Positions 53,601 through 61,007 are shown, numbered from the stretch's first letter. The stretch: 64,000 nucleotides of DNA from an uncultured bacterium (GCA_903829945.1 CAIKRV010000078.1:38077-102076); one strand, 5' to 3'. Numbers and translations: made by a program. The notes: generated by a model not told the origin, from the sequence alone.

Positions 53601-53842
53601 TGAAAGTTTGGTACAACCGCGATATCGAGAAATTGCAAGGTGTTATCACTGTGACCAGCGACCGTCAGGTTTCTGTTCAAGTTGTGGATGCACAAGGCAA
53701 ATTAGTAGCTGACCAAAATATCCATTTGGTAAAAGGCAATAATGCTGTACAATTGGATATGCATGGCTTCGCTCAAGGTGTATATACATTCATATACATC
53801 TCCGATTCCGGTAATGAATCAAGGAAGTTTATCAAATACTAA
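41633..53842 (+). CDS. Giant (4069 aa) T9SS-secreted surface protein: six right-handed beta-helix modules, five CARDB/Ig-like spacers, beta-solenoid stalk, Ig domain and C-terminal sorting domain
   Basis: Signal peptide; six DxDxxxR...PDIGAxE/QF/Y caps; WVGGISTDWTNGSNW; PLPVELTSF...YYRLKQVD Ig domain; CTD DAQGKLV...GVY...RKFIKY. Confidence 0.9.
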   Translation: MEQFYTFRKFRAFIVTVFVLLVTSFAGYSQLSGTYTVNPSGSATAGNYLTINDVCTDLSYGYRSDGGPANGSGSSGSVTIKIYDGTYNETPYLSYVSGSTGGGTITFQSNSADSSKVIIKGQTYYNYYGGVFTMYACDNIVLKQVTVTQDASASYYGSCVVFDGGSNYCSVTNCYLMSLNPATSTSFYFGSAVSAPFWSSYTPSYSNSITNNLITGGYYGCDIEGYAYYWAGSGYVYDYTITGNQIDSSYYNALNCISWNGPDVIANNKINMTTANNGPAMYFYTCAGASGGSEIDVYNNFIAITGGSGSTGSGIYTDYDNDYIRFVYNSINVIGSNSAAAAYFDYDYTSSCTVENNNFVNSGGGYAYWVSYSWGNPIGTSNYNNLYTSGSTVGSMDYSGLTALSDWQSYTGWDANSVSADPGYYSSTNLHATANAINNLATPLSWVTKDIDGQTRSSSTPDIGADEFTPVNDDAAVTAITNPTGNYCPGTQTIIATLRDAGVHTLSSVYLTYKVNGSTVGTYTWTGTLTSGSTVSVNVGTYSFTSGTYSVDVTSSMPNGVTDLNTANDHAGVSGLNLGLSGTKTIALTGTPDYSSFTAAATDLMNNGLCGAVLFNVGDGSYNEQVLLNHPIPNSSSTNTVTFQSNSHDSSKVILTPSVNYNWVDGVLHMENVSWVNFNQISTHVSSGYGYGNAVLFSNANHCTVTNGYFIGSGQTTSYGYGVFTSNYNSSYSNVNNNSCKVSNCRISQYQYGVYEYGYNYGAGTYNYDNTYTNNTVDSVYYAGLYLYYSHHITADHNTVMELAYPYGYATGLAAWYCDTIHVVGNKINPGVLCYYGALTLYGNSASSSAHGLVANNFVHSTGSSSYQGNAIYMYGNSYTDVVYNSTNVTGSTGSYALYDGDNSYNYNTLENNNLVHSGGGYACYAYSNYFSNGHNYNNFFTTGASGTNFITWDGSTYTNATSSFNSFKSSYGANSVKTDPIYNSASDLHAISGNINNKGTYFSAVTTDIDGVTRSATTPDIGANEFTPVNDDAGVSSITNPVGAYCTGTTTMTCVVKNYGVDPLSQVDIAYSVNGGTATSTTKTFTAVATGGTVTLTFGTYAFSGTTNNLVVWTANPNGATDGNNANDTSKALGLKAGVSGSKTIKTSGGDYTSFNNAMSSIIANGLCGSVVVTADDGVWNEQLSIPSTFPATAATTVTFQGHAGDSSKVILYHPADYNYSGNYALQFNGCQYVTFKEITISRANGYGYNNTVNFQNGASNNTVLGCDIKGCSGFSYNNLTDQSSSDTANSVISTRIAGNQYATAAAYIYYAKSFTFAYCLFDSGYYNNLYCYQASDLNVKYCTFKDQQYTVTWGAYYADLNFYYSGNVKNSLSGIIGNKFYSNGLGMSDQYSVYGVNSYPVLIANNFFMNTTGGGYNTGYYNYFSTKRKIVFNSFNITTSGGSNNNMYIYDYSYYGNSYTASITVENNSFSNTGSGYNVNYNNYWGAYATFNYNNYYFNGSYLGYYSPGGTASSFSTWQGYGIEGHGQNGNPLYTAANNLHAYGATLNNNGTPGWGVTTDIDGQTRSLTVPDIGADEFTPSANDAGITALIAPTSGYCAGTATIIATLANYGTNNLSSAILTWRVTGAATGSGTYTWTTGTPLTFGQSVNVSVGTYSFPGSGTLNVSVHSNLPNGATDLNTSNDSTYAPGLNPALGGTVTIAQTGSPNYSTFAAAVSDIQSKGLCGNLLVQVGDGIYNEQVTLGSSFPATASATVTFQGNTSDSTKVHLYHPMDYGWSTNYALQFNGCQYVTFENMTISRSNGYGGYNTIVNYQNGASNNTIKSCRLVGNPAGWGYTALQSSYSNDTANKVLYTHIGANYNSYDGCVYLYQPKGWTFQYDVFDSGQYNNFYVYYSTDLNIKNCVFKNVQTSSSYYNYADLLMYYCGNANSPANGIIGNLFLSTNTGILDQYNAWGGTNTYSMLIANNMFVNTTNSGSNSGYYGNYIVHRNIYNNSFNCTTSGSSSGALYVYDYSGWYTSYVPTVNIVDNCIVNTGGGYCLYYNTSGSYGTIDYNNYYFSGSNMNYFNYYGATSSLTAWQSMGYGFDAHGINTNPIYQSATNLHALGAGINNAGTPLGLVTTDFDGQTRSSTTPDIGADEFTPSPNDASISSITSPYGAYCAGSTPIKAVLTNAGTSAMTSCIITYRITGAGTGTGTYTWSGGPLASGDTTTVNVGSYSFVSGSYNVSVASSLPNGVTDGNPANDSTYVSGLTLGMGGTYTIAKTGTPNYSTFTAAISDLTTNGICGSVLFTVGDGVYNEQISVPSLLTTPTQTVTFQGNTSDSTKVILFHPIDYNWSSNYTLQFNGAKYFTFENMTITRFGGSSSGFYSTVVSFKSGASNNTIKTAQIIGNKNTASYGYPDVQDNSSNDTGNTFNSVRFSENYSGLQGNWGGSAGWIVTSCLFDSLTYYGIQTENNQDWKIIGNTFRNMKNSGGANIYLYYANATKYDGSFQVVGNTIVSGPADGIDDWYNMFSGSANYKLLIANNMIAMTGGSYGYHGIYTGQRNYYYNTIQVNNGSGATYPFFMEVDYSACYGKPSMNFEDNIFSNKDGGQALYYQEYCGASPNFDFNDYYTSGSTLASYDGTTYSNLSGWQSGTGLDAHSISVSPLFTSSTDLHCNSAAINNAGTPITGITTDIYGQTRSTTTPDIGADEFTPAANDASISAILTPNGVYCAGATNIKAVITNAGIAAISTCTVTYRVTGAASYVGTYSYSPSTPLASGANDTIIVGTYSFTSGSYNLSVASSLPNGVTDGNPSNDSTYVANMNLGIGGTKTIAKTGTPDYSSFGAAITALGNGICGSVLFQVGDGTYKEHIVVPSVIGANALNTITFQGNTSDSTKVELNYNSSTTYNAVLTFLGASYTTFDHITIHSKYYMDVVNIQGGTNNCTISHGQILGYSSNPYYYGVASYQDVDNYNSIIGNYFNYLGYGVYLYSGSSAEIGNNISNNYFHQINYTGISLNYQQDQFIANNNHIEAGYGNGYQSGIYAYGGYTTRHGYSIQGNYIHMGPNYGGYGLQLNGFYNTSSTPAIVANNMILIDDAYSYSDYAVYLSGNDQTNIVYNTIVLNGYYAYGLYTYDTYTYNYSDYFENNILVDNYGTYYNVLYAPYADWGYIFLDYNDYYTAGSNFAYTYSYGTYSAVTDWFSYNSNGNDGHSLNILPSFVSSTDLHISSTNPCALKGKATVLSYVTNDFDNDPRTSNPDIGADQYAGSVNGLWVGGISTDWTNGSNWCSGSTPGTTDDVAIGASCTYYPNISTGITTPVCHNIDILIGGSLTISGGTLTFYGSHINNAGTWSHSAGNLVSNASSGSVVCQPTSYFNVTANGGSLFLGNATVYGDLVLNGGVDSINGTTLDLQGAFTFNSGATLSSDLATSTLIFDGSGASTTLPNCKLYALTLNRSAGVNMTGDVEVGNSLTLTNGALSIGAHKLILDDAISATSGSLTGGTTSYLDFEGAGTSTWTIPTITGGLSVLRINRSNGLILGDNISVNDTLLLLAGTLDLTTNSKTLTLPNLSNIVRNSGSMNAAPTITGAGSTINLYYLSSVTTSYELPSTVNNIIVNAVGTVTLASNLTVNGNFTINSGTFAVGGNALSLGGNLTTTGTLSTTLASDLTIADFSGSSTVMNLPQLGNLHSLKVNRATGANIKGNLNIANNLDMTLGILNTDNTGTGGNMDTIFMASTASISNEGATSYVNGVIQISNPVVNDGTTYTFGNIGTDITIPTTASNPAGITVTRTTGANASGSGSKILDHNGLRTGRAGMNRDYHIVPTNNGGLQASLVLHYLDGELNGIPESGIDIYRQPDGGTVYAWLEGGTRNTTANTIALRKPTDSFSHWTMGGTATPLPVELTSFTVQLQDETSAMLNWVTASEINNDHFDIERSEDGHSFTKVGEKAGHGTTQVINKYDYLDRFGPSILSPVLYYRLKQVDYNGAFVYSDIKKVALTSKTEGVKVWYNRDIEKLQGVITVTSDRQVSVQVVDAQGKLVADQNIHLVKGNNAVQLDMHGFAQGVYTFIYISDSGNESRKFIKY
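41720..51385 (+). repeat. Six tandem intragenic modules of ~1.66-1.69 kb
   Basis: PDIGA(D/N)EF-coding caps near 43010, 44690, 46350, 48035, 49700, 51360; recurrent DNA such as ACTTTCCAAGGTAATACTTCnGATAGTAC at ~46904, 48581, 50246. Confidence 0.9.
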
Positions 53843-53843
53843 A

Positions 53844-53882
53844 AAGTTAGGGTAGCCCTTTTATAAGGGCTGCCTTTAACTT
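53844..53882 (+). terminator. Long stem-loop immediately after the giant gene
   Basis: GTTAGGGTAGCCCTT-TTAT-AAGGGCTGCCTTTAAC. Confidence 0.7.
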
Positions 53883-53895
53883 CATTATAACTTTA

Positions 53896-53940
53896 AAGAA
53901 AGCCCCTTGCGGATTAACGCAAGGGGCTTTCTTATTTTTA
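53896..53940 (+). terminator. Rho-independent terminator (second of a tandem pair)
   Basis: AAGAAAGCCCCTTGCG-N6-CGCAAGGGGCTTTCTT followed by ATTTTT. Confidence 0.88.
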
Positions 53941-54237
53941 TCCATGCAGCTATAATATTTAGTTTTAATTATACAATAACTAAATCCAAAGCTTGTAAAA
54001 CAATTCTCTGCAGTGAAAATGAGAAATCACAAGCTATAATATTGATCAATTTCTAACAAGATAAAAGAGGTAATTATTAGCGTATGATATTTTAATTTAT
54101 CGTTGAGGTTTTAAATGTTTATTGAGCGTAAGGATTTAAAATTGAAGATTGTCAACTATCAAGATTAATACGCACAAAAGTTTGTGGGTATTAATTCTCA
54201 ATTAAATACGAATTTAATAAGCTAATGCTTAAAAGAT

Positions 54238-55479
54238 TTAAGATTTTAAATCTTGTATATTGAGTCTTTTATTGGCTATCACGGCAGGATACCAAGATGC
54301 AGTTAAGCCCAAGACAATGACCGTTGCCACAATTAAAATAAAATCTGACCATTGAAATGCGATAGGGTAGGAATTCAACACAAAATAATTGTTTTCGCCT
54401 CCACCATTTATTTTTACCCAACCATATTTTTGTTGACCTAAACTCACTAAAGTCCCAAGAATAATTCCGATAATACCACCAACTACAGATAATAATAAGC
54501 CTTCATAAAACAATATCCGCCTGATAGTATGTTGAGTAGCTCCCATGCTTAATAATGCCATTAAATCTTGTTTCTTGTCAATAGTAAGCATGAGCAAGCC
54601 CCCAACCATATTAAAGGCAGCAATAAGCATAATAAAAGTAAGTATTAAATAAACAAAAAACTTTTCAGACTTCATTACTTTGTATGTGGTAGGTTCTTGT
54701 TCATACCTGTCCAATATTTTGTAATTAGGCCCAACAATTACTGCGATATCTTTTCGAATTTGTTCAATATATTTATCATTCTTGGCTTTAATTTCAAATG
54801 AAGTCATTTCTTTTGGTCGATCTTCCAACATTCGTGCAAAAGACAATGGTACAATTATAAAATGATCGTCAAATTCTTGAACAGTGGAGAATCGGCCTGA
54901 AGGATAAATACCTCTATGATTGAAAGCATTATCGGGCTCTAAAATATTTATTTCTCCTTTGCCCGGCACATAAACTTCAATTTGCCTGAAATCATCTTTC
55001 CCTTGAAGCTTTAATCGAGCAGCTACACCGCTGCCAACTAATGTATAATTGTATTCACCGTCTCGAATGACCGTAGATCCATTACTTACTCCGGAATCCA
55101 ATTTCATAGTCCGAAGATACGGAGGATCAATACCTTTAAAGGTTGCAATAGTTTGTTTATCGCCATATTTTAGCACTGCATTTTCCTCAATAACTTCTGA
55201 AGCACCTAATATATATTGGTTCTTTTTAATATTATTTATTTGTTCCCTGCTTAAGTGAAAATATTTGCCTTTGATGGGCACCACTTTTAGGTCTGAATCA
55301 AAAATGTTATAGAGTTTACTAATGGTTTCTTCCAGACCGTTAAATACGGAAAGAATAACTATTAATGCAAAGCTGCAAACAGTAATGCCTGCTAAAGAAA
55401 TACCTGAAATTAAATGAACTACTCCTGATATCTTTTTTGAAAAGAAATATCTTTTGGCTATAAATAAGGATAAGTTCAA
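54238..55479 (-). CDS. LolC/E-type (MacB/FtsX family) ABC permease
   Basis: LFIAKRYFFSKK, ILSVFNG, periplasmic core, AAFNMVGGLLML, SMGAT, ASWYPA. Confidence 0.9.
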   Translation of the reverse strand: MNLSLFIAKRYFFSKKISGVVHLISGISLAGITVCSFALIVILSVFNGLEETISKLYNIFDSDLKVVPIKGKYFHLSREQINNIKKNQYILGASEVIEENAVLKYGDKQTIATFKGIDPPYLRTMKLDSGVSNGSTVIRDGEYNYTLVGSGVAARLKLQGKDDFRQIEVYVPGKGEINILEPDNAFNHRGIYPSGRFSTVQEFDDHFIIVPLSFARMLEDRPKEMTSFEIKAKNDKYIEQIRKDIAVIVGPNYKILDRYEQEPTTYKVMKSEKFFVYLILTFIMLIAAFNMVGGLLMLTIDKKQDLMALLSMGATQHTIRRILFYEGLLLSVVGGIIGIILGTLVSLGQQKYGWVKINGGGENNYFVLNSYPIAFQWSDFILIVATVIVLGLTASWYPAVIANKRLNIQDLKS

Positions 55480-55582
55480 TGCTTTAAGAGATTAAACAAA
55501 TAAATGAGTAAAAATTGCAATGAAAATTAGCTCCAAAAACACAAACTAAGTTCTCATTCAGCCAAATAAATCGTTTTATAAA

Positions 55583-56386
55583 CTATTTCCAAGCCTTTAC
55601 AGAAAGACCGGTTCCGGAACTATGTTTCCCGTTTACATCAAAATAATTTAAAATATATGCAAAAGGATAGGTCAAAATATAATAAAATGGCAAAATCACG
55701 ATAAAGGCCATTGAGGTGTTTAACATCAACATTGGATACTTCATTGATAATCGCCAGCTAATTTTACCGGGAGTACCATAGGAAAAGCGCGCATCAATAT
55801 TAGAAAAACCTGCCAGACGCAATTTGTCTTCAATCTCCTTAATGTTATAACCATCGCGTACATGTTCACCAATAAAAGATTCTTGACCTTCTTCTTTTAC
55901 ATCTGAACCACCTTGATCCGACGGAGTATTAATTAATAACATACCGCCCGGTTTTAATGAGGCGTAGAAATTCTTGAAAACTTCCACATCCTCCAAAATA
56001 TGTTCCATTACATCAATGGAAATAATTAAATCATAACTTTCCGGATTACGATACTTTACCAAGTCTTCAACCCTAAATGTCACATTCTTAACCCCAGCTT
56101 TTTCAAAAAATTGGCGACAATCAGCCAAATAATCTTCTTTAACATCTACTGCAAGTATATTAAATTCAGGATGTTTGCTTGCTATATAATAAGAATATTG
56201 GCCGAAACCAGAACCTGCATCCAAAATTGAGGCTTTATTGCGTCCTTTTTCCCAGCCTCTTAAGGCTTTGTGGACGTGCCAAGCACGCAAAAGAATGAGA
56301 TCGAGTATTTTATAAAATACTTTGCGGTAAAAAGGGGAGCGGTTAAAAAAGGCTCCTAATTTATCTTTAATTGGATCGTATTCCAT
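55583..56386 (-). CDS. Class I SAM-dependent methyltransferase
   Basis: ILDAGSGFG motif I, DVMEHI, LKPGG. Confidence 0.92.
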   Translation of the reverse strand: MEYDPIKDKLGAFFNRSPFYRKVFYKILDLILLRAWHVHKALRGWEKGRNKASILDAGSGFGQYSYYIASKHPEFNILAVDVKEDYLADCRQFFEKAGVKNVTFRVEDLVKYRNPESYDLIISIDVMEHILEDVEVFKNFYASLKPGGMLLINTPSDQGGSDVKEEGQESFIGEHVRDGYNIKEIEDKLRLAGFSNIDARFSYGTPGKISWRLSMKYPMLMLNTSMAFIVILPFYYILTYPFAYILNYFDVNGKHSSGTGLSVKAWK

Positions 56387-56538
56387 TTGTTCAGCTTAAG
56401 TTCATTCGTTTGGCAAAAATCCGACCATGAACCTTTTTAATTAATAAAGCGCAAAAATAAACATATTTCTGCAGCTTCGTGACCAATTATCGCGTAATCC
56501 ATCCAAGTGGGTAAAGAAAATACCCTTTTATTAAATAA

Positions 56539-57537
56539 TTATCTCAATACAATAATTCTTTTTGACCAAGGCAATACTGTAAAAATGCCTAAGCCATTAG
56601 TTACATTAGAGGCAATGCTTGCCGGCTGACCAAAAGGATTTCCCATCGAATTTACAGCTGCATTTACGGTTCTCAAATAGTCATAAAATTCTTTCCGGAT
56701 ATGAAACATTTTAACCTCAATGCTATCTCCTTGCTTATAGCGGTATGGACCACCAATGGCAAGTTCACCGCCATTATTAATATTATCTGTAAATGTAACA
56801 TCTTGCATTAAGGGATGACCACGCTTGATAACAGATGCAGAATCCATATTCAGAACCCTGATTTGCATTCTATAATAATCATTAGCAAGACTTGCATCAT
56901 TCCATTTTACAATAAGGCTGTAGTTAGTATCGTGAGCATTAAAAATAGGACGAATGGATTTAATGGATACTGTATCCAACCATTGGGTTTCAGCCGTAGC
57001 TATTCTCCCTTGATGATCATCTACTTTTAATTTATAAATTAATCCGGTATGAAAATGAATTCTAGTCTTGGGTTTAAAATTAGGCAAGTGGATATAAGTA
57101 CCTCCAATTTTTACGGAATCATATGAAAAGGTATATTTAAAATATTTGTAATTAAACAATTTTACATTGCTGGTATCACAATTATTAATAATTAAATCCT
57201 CTTGTAGTGGAAAAGTGTAGGTTTGCCCGGCGGAATCATATGAAACTGTTACCTCTGCACCTTTAACTTGTAATGAATTCAAGCTAATGGGTGCAAAATA
57301 ATCTTGAGTATTAGAAACAGCTGCTTCTATTCCAACTAAGCCATTCAGGCTACATTGGGAGGCATCTAAATCACCTAAATAACATTCAATAGCCAATTGA
57401 CTTTTGAACGCTGGTAAATTGAGCGGGATATCTTGCTGCAGTTTTCTGCATGAGGAAATTGTAACTAAAAGCCCACTAATTATCAAAATAATAATTATCG
57501 ATGAAGCTGAACGAAGTTGAATTTTAAATTTCCGCAT
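56539..57537 (-). CDS. DUF4249-like lipoprotein partner of the TonB-dependent receptor
   Basis: Lipobox ISSC; C-terminal FYDYL...NPFGQP...SNVTNGLGIF; start overlaps the receptor stop. Confidence 0.8.
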   Translation of the reverse strand: MRKFKIQLRSASSIIIILIISGLLVTISSCRKLQQDIPLNLPAFKSQLAIECYLGDLDASQCSLNGLVGIEAAVSNTQDYFAPISLNSLQVKGAEVTVSYDSAGQTYTFPLQEDLIINNCDTSNVKLFNYKYFKYTFSYDSVKIGGTYIHLPNFKPKTRIHFHTGLIYKLKVDDHQGRIATAETQWLDTVSIKSIRPIFNAHDTNYSLIVKWNDASLANDYYRMQIRVLNMDSASVIKRGHPLMQDVTFTDNINNGGELAIGGPYRYKQGDSIEVKMFHIRKEFYDYLRTVNAAVNSMGNPFGQPASIASNVTNGLGIFTVLPWSKRIIVLR

Positions 57538-59852
57538 TAAAATTTAAAATTATAAGTTACTGAAGGAATTATTGGAAACAATGAAACCATTTGCCCGGTA
57601 TTCTTACTTGGAATGGCCAGCCCACCCGGTAATTTTGCTAATTCTGTTTGGATATAAATAAAATATGGGTTTCTTCGATTTAAAGCATTATAAATACTAA
57701 AGCTCAAATCTGATTCGCCCCATTTTGGATGAAACTTCCAAACCAAACCTAAATCTAAGCGCATGTAGTAAGGCATTCTATAATTATCACGACCATCATT
57801 ATATACAGGAGTTATTCGTGCACTGGAATAATCAATACCTTGAATGGCGGCATATCCGGTAGGCATAGTAGTTAGGGTACCGGTATTATATATAAAGGAC
57901 ATAGAAAAACTTAGACGCTTACTAATTTCATAAATGCCAACTATCTTCAAGTCGTGTCTTACATCATATTTAGGTTTGATGGTTTGAAATGGTGCAGGTA
58001 AAGAATCATAATGACGATAACTCCATGCTAAGGTATAACCAATCCATCCGGTTAATCTACCTTCGGATTTTTGAATAAATAATTCATTTCCATAACTCCA
58101 GCCATTTCCATAAATAAATTGATCCTCAAGATGTGGATTTAAAAATAATTGCGCAGCATCTTTAAAATCCACTTGATTACAAAGCCATTTATAATATAAT
58201 TCGTCAGTGACAGTTATTTTATCTCCAAAAAGTAAAGTTGTATATCCTGCAGCTACTTGGTCTGCTTGTTGGGGCTTTACATTATTCGTGGATGGATACC
58301 AAACATCTGTAGGTAAGGATGCACCGGAATTAGAAATTAAGTGCACATATTGGGACATGCGTGTGTAGCTAATTTTAATAGAGCTCACATCTCCGGTTTT
58401 ATAACGTGCAGCAATACGAGGCTCCGGTGTAAATTGTGATGTGCCTTTATAATTAAAAGCGGATAAACGAACACCATAATTTATTTTAAGGGGTTCCGAT
58501 ACCGTCCAATCATCAGAACCGTAAATAGCTTCATCCGCTCCATATAAAGTATTGTTATTATGGAAATTTAAGGAATTATCGGTAGAGCCTAATTGAAATC
58601 TACCAACACCAAATGTATGATAAGTAATATGCCCGCCAAATTTGATATTATGAGCAATATTAGGAGCATAATCAAAATCTTCTTTCAAGGTCCAATCTTC
58701 GATGCTACTACCAATCTGGAAATTAAAAATATCAGTTGCACTACCTAAAGTATATTGATAGTTCGTGTAGGTTGCAGTAGTATTTAAAAACATTTTTGGA
58801 CTAAACAGGTGGTTCCACCTTGCTGTGCCGGTAGCATTTCCCCAATCAAAAGAAAAATTAAATGGTGAGCGATTAAAACCAAAAACATCTCTTCCAAAAT
58901 ATCCTGATAAATAAACTCTATTGGCCGAATCTAAAATATAATTAAACTTAGCATTTAAATCATAAAAATAATAATCCGGGATAGGATTGTAAGATGGATC
59001 GCTAGCTTGAGATTTATTATAGGCTCGAGTAAATACATCAACATAAGTCCTTCTGGCAGATATGATAAAAGAACATTTGTCTTTTACCAATGGTCCTTGT
59101 ATCGTTAATCGGGAAGCAATAAGCCCAATACCGCCTTCTACGCCAAGTTTATTTGTATTGCCTTCTTTTAAATTTATATCAATAACCGACGAAAGTCTTC
59201 CACCATAATTGGCAGGATAACCTCCTTTATATAACTCAAAATTTTTCACTGCATCGCCATTAAACACGGAAAAGAATCCAAATAAATGTGAAGCATTATA
59301 AACCGTAGCTCCATCCAATAAAATTAAATTTTGATCAGGCCCTCCGCCACGAACATAAAACCCGGTGGTACCTTCTGAACCTCCCTGTACACCGGGTAGC
59401 AATTGGAGCGTTTTTAAAATATCTACTTCTCCAAAAAGAACTGGTAGTTTTTTTACATCGGCAATACTTACTTCAATTTTTCCCATTTGGGTTTTCTCAA
59501 CTTGCTGCCTTCCACTATTTGCATTTACCGTTACTTCTTTTAATTCCTTAGAGGAAGTTCCTAATAAAAAATCCTTACGAATAGTATGCGTGAGTTTTAT
59601 TGAATCCATTTGGGTGATGTATCCCAAATATGAAATTCGAATGTGATAATATCCCGCAGGCAAGGTTATGCTGTAATAGCCAAAAGTATTACAAACGGCA
59701 CCACTTTTTGTTTCTACTATAGAAACTGCGGCTCCGATTAAGTCTTCACCGCTAGTTTTATCACGAACATAACCGCTTAAAGTAACTTTATCTTGACCAA
59801 TTGCAAATGTACAGCTAAACAATAAACAAGTAAACCATAAGATTTTCTTCAT
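57537..59852 (-). CDS. TonB-dependent outer membrane receptor with carboxypeptidase-like N-domain
   Basis: TLSGYVRD...GEDLIGA, LQLLPGV, VRGGGPDQNLILLDG, GGRLSSV, terminal YNFKF. Confidence 0.95.
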   Translation of the reverse strand: MKKILWFTCLLFSCTFAIGQDKVTLSGYVRDKTSGEDLIGAAVSIVETKSGAVCNTFGYYSITLPAGYYHIRISYLGYITQMDSIKLTHTIRKDFLLGTSSKELKEVTVNANSGRQQVEKTQMGKIEVSIADVKKLPVLFGEVDILKTLQLLPGVQGGSEGTTGFYVRGGGPDQNLILLDGATVYNASHLFGFFSVFNGDAVKNFELYKGGYPANYGGRLSSVIDINLKEGNTNKLGVEGGIGLIASRLTIQGPLVKDKCSFIISARRTYVDVFTRAYNKSQASDPSYNPIPDYYFYDLNAKFNYILDSANRVYLSGYFGRDVFGFNRSPFNFSFDWGNATGTARWNHLFSPKMFLNTTATYTNYQYTLGSATDIFNFQIGSSIEDWTLKEDFDYAPNIAHNIKFGGHITYHTFGVGRFQLGSTDNSLNFHNNNTLYGADEAIYGSDDWTVSEPLKINYGVRLSAFNYKGTSQFTPEPRIAARYKTGDVSSIKISYTRMSQYVHLISNSGASLPTDVWYPSTNNVKPQQADQVAAGYTTLLFGDKITVTDELYYKWLCNQVDFKDAAQLFLNPHLEDQFIYGNGWSYGNELFIQKSEGRLTGWIGYTLAWSYRHYDSLPAPFQTIKPKYDVRHDLKIVGIYEISKRLSFSMSFIYNTGTLTTMPTGYAAIQGIDYSSARITPVYNDGRDNYRMPYYMRLDLGLVWKFHPKWGESDLSFSIYNALNRRNPYFIYIQTELAKLPGGLAIPSKNTGQMVSLFPIIPSVTYNFKF

Positions 59853-59959
59853 TCTTTCGCTTAATAAGGTGGTGCTATGAAAATACATAGATGGCGCTCA
59901 AATGAATAAGACGAATTAAGCTAAAAAATATTTTGGCTGAATAAATAAGAGTACTACTT

Positions 59960-60934
59960 TTAGTGATTACTCAAGAAATTCTTCAAACCATTAATATTGG
60001 TAATTTGTGCAGAATTAACACCCTTGTGATCGGCAGCTAATAGTGAAATCCAATCAAGTACATAAATATTTTCATAGAGAGAAGCTATGCTTGCATCCAT
60101 GTTCAACTCAAATGAAATATTTTTGCTTTCAGCTAATAAATCAATTAAGAATTTAAATCTTAAACTCGTACGAGCATTACTAAAACTATTGATAAAAAAG
60201 AAAACGGAATCCATTTTTCCATAGTAAGATTCAATAACATTATGGTTACATTCCGGAAGCTCATGGAGGAAAGCTTCATCTTTAGCGTTTTCTTGAATTT
60301 GTTGGCAAAATCGTAACCCAACCGGATTGCTTAGGTAATCGGTTACCACTACAATTTTCTTAGGGTAAGTAGCTTTAAATTGATTAAATAAAATGCTTGC
60401 TTTTTCAATATAAGCATCGAAATTTTTTAATTTACCGGCAACATTTGTCAGGTCATCCTTTACATCCATTTGGTACAATTCACCAAAGAATTGAATTAAA
60501 TATGTTAATGAATATCCAAGTGCCATTCTAGGTTGAAAACCAGGCAAAGCATTATAAACAATATGTTGATCCCTTTTAGCCCATTCTTCTAATTTCCCGC
60601 CAGTAGTAATTACACAGATGGTACATCCATTTTTGGAGGCGGCTTCATACATGGCAAGAGTTTCTTCAGTGTTTCCACTATAAGAGCTCATAATTGCTAA
60701 AGTACGTTTGGACGCATAGGAAGGTAATTCATAATCTGAAATTACTTCTATCGGTAATGTAGATTTATCAAAAAGAAAACTTTTAGCAATCCTACCGGCA
60801 ATACCGGAACCACCTAAGCCGGAAAGGATAATGTTATCAAAGTTGGCCGCACTTAAATTATGATTATGATAATTACTTAAGGCATATTCAATTTGCTCTG
60901 AAAATTTGGCAAGATCGTCTTTTTGATATTTCAT
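59960..60934 (-). CDS. Bifunctional phosphoglucose/phosphomannose isomerase (SIS)
   Basis: GLGGSGIAG, SSYSGNTEET, QPRMA, QENAK, PECNHN. Confidence 0.92.
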   Translation of the reverse strand: MKYQKDDLAKFSEQIEYALSNYHNHNLSAANFDNIILSGLGGSGIAGRIAKSFLFDKSTLPIEVISDYELPSYASKRTLAIMSSYSGNTEETLAMYEAASKNGCTICVITTGGKLEEWAKRDQHIVYNALPGFQPRMALGYSLTYLIQFFGELYQMDVKDDLTNVAGKLKNFDAYIEKASILFNQFKATYPKKIVVVTDYLSNPVGLRFCQQIQENAKDEAFLHELPECNHNVIESYYGKMDSVFFFINSFSNARTSLRFKFLIDLLAESKNISFELNMDASIASLYENIYVLDWISLLAADHKGVNSAQITNINGLKNFLSNH

Positions 60935-61007
60935 ATTTTAAATAAGAGGGTGGAATATTTATATTGGTGCAAAATTAGCAATTATTGAGAGGAAAACTGT
61001 TATGAAA

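Noticed and set aside
41633-53842. Diversity-generating retroelement acting on the Tyr/Asn-rich modules
   Set aside because: No reverse transcriptase, Avd or template/variable repeat pair differing only at adenines was seen; the repeats are in-frame protein modules.
53948-54043. 12-bp direct repeat AGCTATAATATT at 53948 and 54032
   Set aside because: Only two AT-rich copies; no transposase, terminal inverted repeats or array, so insufficient for a mobile-element scar.
591-59646. Numerous 60-135 aa ORFs nested in or antisense to real genes (e.g. 591-899, 10625-11032, 13936-14244, 31966-32343, 51706-53080, 59365-59646)
   Set aside because: Fully overlap well-supported CDSs, show no motifs, and are expected from codon bias.
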